The position numbers and the translations under genes are program-made. Positions 55,212-64,000 of a stretch of 64,000 nt of DNA are shown piece after piece. The stretch lies in NCBI RefSeq assembly GCF_009914755.1, contig NC_060933.1. One strand, written 5' to 3'. Position 1 is the stretch's first letter. Each line of letters opens with the position of its first letter. The notes below the pieces were generated by a model, which did not search any database, was not told the DNA's origin, and saw nothing but the letters and a program-made list of their open reading frames with translations. The stretch is from the human T2T-CHM13v2.0 reference genome, Homo sapiens.

Positions 55212-57399
55212 GAAAATTCTCACTAGTGCGTATTGCATGGAAAATGCAGGCTCTGCATAGATACAAAAGGAATTTCAAGTCCCTAATGTCCCTTTGATTC
55301 TCTATAGCAAGAACTAAAGTAAATTTGAAAATATTCTTTTTAAATTAATTGATTTGTTAATAAACATAAACTATCCTTTTCAAAACAATGGATAAATACG
55401 AATGATATATTGAAAGTCACAATCACACCAAATTATAATTCTTTTATTATAATCTTAGGCTTTTCTTACCTAGTAAACTATTCCAACTGATATTATTCCA
55501 GATGTGAAATTTATGTGCCAAAAATACACATTCCAAAAATGAAACTACAAAATAATTTTATACAGATAACAATGCCAACTGCATGTAAATGATACAGTTG
55601 ATGACTCAATGTCCTGCACTGAAGCTAATTAAATTTAGATTAAGAGACAAAAAGTGTGATGCATTTTTAATATATGTATTTAATTTTTTTATGTTTTTAT
55701 TATTTTATTTATTATTAACCTAAAGTCATACCCCAATTGATCAATATATGTGAAATATGACTGGAGATATGGAAAAAAAGAACATTTTTGTAGTGTTTCA
55801 AGAGTGACATGAATAAAGCTTCACATTTTCTAAAAGATAACAACATCTCAAGACCTTTAGATATTCAATGGAACCACATTTTTTCTTTCCTTTTTTAGAA
55901 ATGTATAGCTAGTGGAGCAGTGAGGAAAATTTAAAAAAAAATTAACATATTGCATATAATTCAGTTGACGAGTTGTTTGTTTAGCTCCAAACTACTTTTC
56001 TCTACTTCACTTTAGTTTTTGTGGCTAGGACTAGGAAAACATTTCTGCTTTGTTAAGTAACATCCTATTAGGTAAGTTATTAGACAATAACCCTTACGTA
56101 TATGTAATAATAAAAGACTTTTGTAAGCAAAATGAATGTTTCATGGTCTAACAAGCAGATCACTCCTGGCCCACTGGTGAGTCAGGGCTCTTATTTATAA
56201 AAACACTAGTCTGGGAAAGGAGAGAATAAAAATAAAGAGATGACACATAAACTGTATGAAATTATTTAAAAACACACAATGGGCTCACTGGTGGTAAGGG
56301 GATGAAACTATTTCATTAGATTACCTTCATCTTGCTCCTCCCCTTTTCCTTTTGACATAACCCTTCTTCCTAAACTTGACTCATATGTCTAGGGGTAAGT
56401 AAAAAAGCAGAGCTTGTATTTCGAGCAACTGTGAGATAGTAGAAGGAGACAAAGTTTATAAATGTGTAGAAAGAGAAAAGAGAGAGCAATCACATTCTTT
56501 TATTACCTTTGGAGGGAGGGTAGTTTCTGTTGTCAATGGTCATTATAGAGAGGCACATAGAGGTCAGAAATTAACTGAATATACCAAAGCCTGAAAATGC
56601 AGATGTAATGATATCTTATTTTCTAATAATTTATTTATTTTTCTTAGATTTTATGTTTTAATAAAATGAAAAAATATTTAAACACATACACAAACACAGA
56701 AAGTGCTGATGTAATTTTTTAGAAGCATTTAAACTACCCCTTGTTTACTGAAAATATTCTATAATAATTTGATTAGACTATATTGTTTATCAATTCATTT
56801 GCTTCTATAATATAACAAGCCTTCCAAAAGTCAAAATGTTAAATATATCACCCCTTGGTCTCAATGTGTCTCTTTTCTTTTCTTTAATATTTTTCTTGGC
56901 TCTTTTTTTCTCAAAGCCCCAGATTCACTTAAAAATTATCAAATAATTCTTGTACTTAGATTTATATACTTATTTTTATTTTATCTGTTGTTAGGAAAAA
57001 AGAAGAGGTTAAGGAAGGATGGGTTTAACAAAGTTAAAGCAGATATTTCTAATAAAACTAATTTTCCACCAGGTATTTATTGAGCAGCCCCTTTATTTCA
57101 GTTGCCATATTAAGATTGCCATGTAAAGATGAATTAGACATACTTCTACTGTCTCATAAGACAAAACGTAGATGAAAGTCAGCTGGTAGTTGACAAAGGC
57201 AATACAATAATATCATTGCTATGTCAAAGACACTTAATGATAATAGAGTAAAGGAAGTTACAAACTTGATATAAAACTTTCAAATTACTAACAACAAAAA
57301 GATCAGATGAAAATTAATTTACTAAGTTAAAATGATTAAGTAGTTAAGTAATTTAAATGATTAATAGAGGTTGTACAGCAAGTTTCCAAGGCCAAAATC

Positions 57400-57630
57400 A
57401 TGGCTTGTCAACTCACAACCTCTAAAATATTGGGCAAATCACTTATCCTCTTTAAGCATATTTCTGTGGCTATAAATTCAAAGCAATTGTGGAAAAGTAT
57501 ACTTGCTATTTTTATAAATATCAATTATTTCTTGCCACAATTTTAAACTAAAATCTGGCAGCACAACTTTATATACATTCAGTAAAATGTTTAGTAAGTG
57601 TTCAACAAATGTCAGCAACAATTATTATTA
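57400..57630 (+). mobile_element. MIR
   Basis: TTGGGCAAATCACTTATCCTCTTTAAGC...TAGTAAGTGTTCAACAAATGTCAGC...ATTATTA. Confidence 0.6.
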
Positions 57631-58566
57631 CTGTATTTCTTGATACTTTTTCAAGTTGTAATCCTGTAATTTGGTTTTCACATCACATCCTCCCTCTGGA
57701 CTAGAAACCCCACAGTAGAAAACAAATATTTCTTTAAATTGACAACATAACAATCTAACAGTTTCTTAAACTAGTAAGTATCGTATAAATATTTGCTGAA
57801 TGGTACTTGATATCAAAGAGATAACTTTGCACATTTTTAAACTACTGCATTTGTAATATTCTGTGCTTTCCTTCATTAAAATTGAAAGAAAAAAGATACA
57901 TTGTTTTGGAGAATGACCTTTATAATTAGTGTGAAAGAAAAAAACACAAATTTGCATTCCCTGTCTGTTCTTGAGTTAGTAATCTGTGAAAGACTTTCAT
58001 AGTATAAAAATGACATAACTAAAAGAATTTGCAATAAAAGGTTAGTGTTATGTAGAGTATGATGAAGCGGACATATCTCTTCGCTCTGAATTAGAATAAA
58101 TTTAGATTTTTTAAAATCCCAATGATACAGTGAGACACCAAGAGAATGAGATTCTATTTATTATATTTAACCTTTGGACTTTCACCTGTGGTGGGAAACT
58201 TAAATTTCCAAATCAGGACTACAGATTTGATCATTTACTCAGTGATGGAGATGAAGAAGAGAAGATCTTGTCTGTTATTTGATATAAGATGACCCTAGAC
58301 ATTGTTGTTAAGAGTTGGTAGTTGGAAACTCATTTAGAGGTTGATTTGTCAAATATTGTATTTTTTCATTTTGGGTGAAAATTAAAGGCACATGTTGACT
58401 TCCACTTACCCTATCACACACATATGTTCTTATTTACACTTACAGAGGCTATGTAGGTTTTTTCTTAACTTAGTGTGAAAAAAACTAAGTAAAATGTTCA
58501 AAGAGAAATTTGGAATAAACAGCTTTTTTGTTGTGATATAATAGTTATATAAAAATTAACTCTTGA

Positions 58567-58890
58567 GGCCAGGCATGGTGGCTCACCTGTAATCCTGCAT
58601 TTTGGGAGGCCAAGATGGGTGGGTCACCTGAGCTCAGGAGTTCGAGACCAGCCTAGGTAATATGGTGAAACCCCGTCTCTTCAAAAACAGAAAAATTAGC
58701 TGGGCATGGTGACATGTGCCTGTGGTTCCAGCTACATGGGAGACACTGAGGTGGGAGGATCACTTGAGCCTGGGAGGCAAGGTCACAGTGAGCTGAGATC
58801 ATGCCACTGCATTTCAGACTGGGTGACAGAGTGAGGCCCCATCTCAAAAAAAAAAAAAAATGTAAGAAAGAAAGAAAGAAAAAGAAAAGA
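58567..58890 (+). mobile_element. AluJ (Jb-like) with A/(GAAA)n tail
   Basis: GGTGGGAGGATCACTTGAGCCTGGGAGG; TSD-like AAATTAACTCTT/AAATTAACTGTT. Confidence 0.93.
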
Positions 58891-59199
58891 AAATTAACTG
58901 TTAACATATGACCTTCAGATACTGACCATTCTTACTACTTACAAGAGAGGCACATCTTTTTTTTTTAGATTGGACACAGACACCTCAGCATACTAGGGGA
59001 TTAAAAATATTAGGAACAGTCAGATCTACTTCCCATGAGAGGGAAAATAATACATGGTAGTATTGAGACTGTCAGATACCATACAGATTCATTTCCTAAG
59101 GATATTCCATAACACATTTGACAACCTAAAATAGAAAACAAATATAGATTTCAATTATCTGACTGCTGCTGCAAAGATGAAATATTCTCTTATGCCACC

Positions 59200-60820
59200 A
59201 GTGTTTACTTAGCTATTATGATTGCCAGGCACTATGCTACTTTCGGGCTAAGTAATGAACAATGAGAAGAGCATGGTCCCGACATTATGGAGCTAACAGT
59301 ATGTTTTAGAGTTGACAGACAAGTCATTAATTATACTCTGTTACACTACTAGTTAAAGGAGAGGGACTACAGTTTGCTAGGGTAACACATAGGGGCTACA
59401 GGCTATGAAAGACAGGGGCACAGTATATTCCAAACAAGACTCATAAGGAATGAGAAAACATGAGAGCAAGCGTGAAGCATTTAAAGATCTGAAGAATACA
59501 AAATAATTCTATTTTGTAGTCGGAGATAGTGATTAGAGGTAAACTGGAAACATAAGTGTAGAGAAAACCTTACAAACTATCTATGATCTATGGCTATGAT
59601 CTATGGCTTTTATCTTAAACATAGTAGGGAGTCATGGAAAGATTTTATGGAGCAGAACAATACGGTTACATTTGCATTTAAAAAGATCATCCTGATCTCC
59701 CTGTGAAGTGTGGATTAGTTGTAAGTAAGACTAGAGACAGTGGGATTATTTAGAAAGTTGTTGAGTTAATCTAGGGAATTAAATGTGTATCCTATGTTGT
59801 TAGAAAATATATGTGGGAGTTGAAAAAATGGGGCTCTGTAATTTATTGATATGAATTGTGGTGGAAAGAGCTGGTGTGAATGATGAGGATAGAAAGATGG
59901 TATTCAATAATAGGAGCATTTTTGTAAAAGGAGAAGTTGTATTCATTTTTGGAATCATAGTTCATGTAGTTTGTAAAACAAATAGCTGGACATGGCAAAC
60001 CATTCCTAGATGTATGGATTTGAACATCAGCACTAATGTTATAGCTGTTTGATTTGAAGTCATCAAATGATTATTGAAGTCACTATGGTAATGAATGACT
60101 GCATCTAGGAAATGTAAAATGAAAATAGTCCATAGAAAGAACTGTGAACAATATTTAACACACATGTTCAAGAAGTGGAGCCCCCCAAAAAAGACATTAA
60201 AAAAGAAGAAACCAAAAAAACGTGAATTGACAACCAGAATTACAGAATGAGTTATGCCAGTGAAGAAGAAAGTTTGACGAAGAAATGATAAAAATTCTTA
60301 GATGCTAGCACAATCAAGGAAGGGTATCACTGAGAACACTTTATTGATTGTAGTAATGAAGAAGCCACTGATGCTTTCTGAGCAATTTGAGTTTAGTGCT
60401 GTAAATCACATTCTAATAGTTTAAGCGTGAATGAGCGGTGAAGACATGCAGAGAGCAAATACATGCTATTCTTTCATGATGACGGTGAAGAAGAGGAGCT
60501 AGCTAGTTAATGGAGTAGTTGAGAACAGTAGGGTGTTCAAAGACTTCCTTTATGGTGAGAGAGGCTCAAGTGTATTTAAAGAATCACAGGAGTGATTTTC
60601 CAGAGAGGGAAAGATAAATAGTGTACAGAAAAGTGAGTGAGGGTCCAGAGAAGACTCTTGTCTGTGGATGAGACACAGAAGCACAAGTGGAGACCATTGC
60701 TTTCAACAGGTCTAAGAAACTATTCTGTTGCAACCAAAAGAAACAAGAAAATAAAAAATGGTTGTGTAGATATGTTTGCAGATTGAAAATAAATTTGAGG
60801 AAGTTATCATTCAGTGATTT
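59200..60820 (-). mobile_element. LINE-2 (extended, decayed)
   Basis: TTTACTTAGCTATTATGATTGCCAGGCACTATGCTA...GGGAGTCATGGAAGATTTTATGGAG...TTTGCATTTAAAAAGATCATCCTG. Confidence 0.75.
59581..59607. repeat. 13-bp tandem duplication (CTATGATCTATGG x2)
   Basis: Read directly. Confidence 0.9.
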
Positions 60821-62238
60821 TGTTATTCTGTAAAGTTAGAGAAAAGATAGCTTTATGAAATTGTTTGCATCTATATTTTAACTTACCTATTCTTTCTCAA
60901 ATATAAACATAATTTATGAGACACTGTAAGTTACAGTCCTTTTTGCTTCTTTATTTAGCTTTGATCTCTGTATACTTGAGAGAGCATGAAAAATGAAAAA
61001 CCGCTAGGCAAACATGCAGGTGAATGAAGTCTAGCCTAGAGCTCTCTAAGGCACTAACTTTCTTACTATAAACAAAACCTTAAAATTTCTGAGCCTCTTT
61101 TATTATTTGTAAAATGAAGTACTGGAGATAATGTTCTATATATGGTGCTCTTTAGCACAACGTATTTTTGACCTCATTTCACTTTTAATCTTAGAATCCA
61201 GTAGGTCAAACTTGTCAACTAAAATACCTACAGTTTCACTTGTGATGGTAGTAATACATACAAATTGTTGTTCTGATTAGCCACTTATTTCCATGTGAAG
61301 AATTCCTGTTGATAGAAGTTAATATCTATCATCTGTCGGGGTTTTTATAGCATATTGAAAGTTAAATAAAATGTAGAAAAACACAAAGCTTTTCCTCAAG
61401 TTTAATGATAAGTTGTTGAAAAACACTTCAATAACAATGACCACAGCAAGAATCATGTTATTTCTCCTGTTATTGTAATTGTGAACTACAACTGTAAGCT
61501 GTATAAATGGCAAAGTCAAGATGTGGAAAAGAGCACAAGACTTCTCACTGACATCAAAGCATATGATACACAATTCAAAGAAAATTATTTATTTCACTGC
61601 ATCTCATTCAATGCATGCAGATATCATGATATATATTTCCATAATTGAGAGAATAAAAATAAATTTTAAACATAAAAGATAAAGATTTACATGTTAGAGT
61701 GAAAAATTAGTTTCTCACTTCAACTTATTGTTAAGAAAAGATATTTTTTCAATTTATTTAATCTTAAAATGTGAGAAAGGCCTCATGCCCAGTGTGCACT
61801 CAGGAAAAAATGAAACAAAATCAAAGAATAGAAAATAGGATGTAACAAGAAACTTTTTTTCTTTTGATTCTTTTCATGTCAAAGGGCCAGAAAGCTAGAA
61901 AGTTATTGTTTGAAAATATATTTTGTAGTAGGAAATATCGTAGCTTGTTATAAAGTGTAAGTCTTATATTAGTAAGAGTTCCACAACAATTGTATGGCAA
62001 ATCCTCTTGATAATGAGATTCTCACTTTCTATTTCTATACAAACAATTCTGGGATCATCTCTAAATGTACTTGTCTCTGAGAATGTTTTTGAAGACAAAA
62101 AATATGAGACAAGTGTATGAGCAGAAAATAAAAAACAATGTAAACTTTAGTTGATTTATTAATTTCTATTTTTTTTACATGATTTGAGATGGCCAGGTCT
62201 ACTTCTATATTACTAGACAAGTGTATTTCCTCTAGTAC

Positions 62239-62356
62239 TTTTTTTTCTTTTTACATCAGAAGGATAATATGCCGATGTCATAAAATGTTTGAGGGAGATA
62301 CATCTCACACACAAATGTGAAAACCTAATCATCACACTTATGAACTACAAAAGGAT
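62239..62356 (-). pseudogene. U13 snoRNA (SNORD13) retroposed copy with A tail
   Basis: Minus strand ATCCTTTTGTAGTTCATAAGTGTGATGATTAGG...TGTGAGATGT...CTGA matches U13; A-rich tail; TSD TCCTCTAGTACTTT 62228-62241 / TCCTCCAGTCCTTT 62359-62372 (12/14). Confidence 0.93.
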
Positions 62357-63164
62357 CCTCCTCCAGTCCTTTAGTCATGGTTATTTATACATCTTTTTCA
62401 TTAATTTAGAAGTGACCATCACATTGTAAATTTAAATCTCAATGGAGTGAGGAAAGAAAGAACAGGTTAACTTTAAATAAGACAGAAAAGAAACACCAAG
62501 AACCTAACCATGTCAGTCCTGGCTCCTGCCTGCTCACATCTGCATAGGCAACTATCACAGGTCCATTGTCTGAGCACATGCTAGCTTCACCCAACATGAA
62601 GCAACCTAAACCCCAACTGCCCTAAGTAATTTTCTTGGAATTTCTCCATTTCCCTTGTGTTATGTTGATAACTTATGACCCTGCAGATTTTTTCTCACTC
62701 TTCTTATGTAGACTAAGGGTCTGTGTTAGTCTGGGAGGGAAGGGAACTGTTAGGACAATGTTTTGAAGTGGCACAACTGTTTCAAATGCTTCTTTAACAA
62801 TGTCCAGGAAAACTGATTATTTATGATATCTCTCTTTTTCTTTAGTCCTAGAATCTAGACAGAAATTTCTTGATAATAGAAAGAGTCCTCAATATTGTTT
62901 TATATAAAAAGCACATATCCATGAAAATCAAATGTTACTAATTTCATACTAAAGATGAGAAACAAAAATATTCAAATTCCTATCGTATGCAATTACAGAT
63001 TCTTGGTAGAATACTCAGTGTGTCATGAATATTCTAGAAAATATAGAAAATATCTCATTTATTAATGAAAAGATGTAGAAAGCATTTTATTTTTTAGTTT
63101 ATTTACAATGCTATTCCCAGAAATAACAGTCAAATAACACTCACCAGATTTTTGTTAACCTCTG

Positions 63165-63529
63165 CGTTATCGATTGAACGTTTACTTCCCTGCAAAACTC
63201 ATATGTTGAAATTCTTACCCCAAGTTTCATGGTTTTGAGAGATAGACACTTACAGATGTAAATTTAGGTCATGAGGGTGGGGTCTTCATGAATGGGATTA
63301 ATGCTGGTATAAAAGAGACCCCAGAAAGCTTTCTTACTCTCTTTCCAGCCTGTGAGAATACAATGAAAGGACAGCAGGCTGTAAGCTGAAAGAGGGTTCT
63401 CAACAGAACCTGACTATGCTAGCACCGTGATCTTTGGCTTCTAGCTTCCAGAGCTATGAGAAATCAATTAATATTGTTAATAAGCTACTCACTCTATGGT
63501 AATTTGTTATAGCAGCCCAAACTAAGACA
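63165..63529 (+). mobile_element. MLT1A-type MaLR LTR
   Basis: CATATGTTGAAAT...AGGTCATGAGGGTGGGGTCTTCATGAATGGGATTAATG...TTGTTATAGCAGCCCAAACTAAGACA. Confidence 0.92.
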
Positions 63530-64000
63530 CTTTGCAAGCAATTTTTGTACTTCCTATTTGCTTCCATTCCCTGTCTCTATTACACATGTGCATACATTTG
63601 CTCCCAATTTAATTTAATACATTATTTTGTAATTATTGTTGCAGTTCCTTCTCAATTAATAAAGTGCACTACACTCCATATTTTTAATGATATAAATAAA
63701 AAGCAGCATCTATATTCTAATAAATAATCATTTAAAATATTCAAAAGAATACCTATTTAAAATCAGATTCTTAATATTTGACACTAAAACATACAATCAT
63801 GTTAAACAAATATATTTTCAACAGAAAAAAGTTAACAAATAAATATAAAAACTATAATCTTTATATTTCTAAATCAGTAACAAAATTGGAAATAAGGCAC
63901 AATATAATATGCACCTGAATACATAAAGACATACTTGCAATGTAAGTAAGTTTTTGTATTTAATCCTGACTTTAAAACAAAGCACCAATAGATATAGATA

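Overview
AT-rich primate (human-like) genomic DNA, intronic or intergenic. No intact protein-coding gene is supportable. The long ORFs are decayed LINE-1 ORF2 pieces or chance ORFs in Alu, LTR and AT-rich sequence. Much of the window is interspersed repeat: six Alus, L1PA/L1PB/L1M fragments, L2, MIR, MaLR/ERV1/ERVL solo LTRs and hAT-Charlie MER1A/MER1B/MER5A, plus a retroposed U13 (SNORD13) snoRNA copy. Subfamily names come from recalled consensus sequences, not a database search. I found no convincing new biological system. The best leads are: (1) a repeat-poor block at 4.4-6.4 kb with a dense PBX/HOX/MEIS motif cluster and a strong minus-strand splice acceptor; (2) an unexplained diverged ~270-bp duplication (16.7 kb vs 39.55 kb); (3) retrotransposition fossils, namely an L1 whose 5' end stops at the homologous position of the older L1 it inserted into, a twin-priming inversion, and a TSD that doubles as 5' microhomology; (4) a perfect 24-bp palindrome and a nested palindromic (TA)n tract; (5) a possible unidentified retrocopy at 38.6-39.0 kb.
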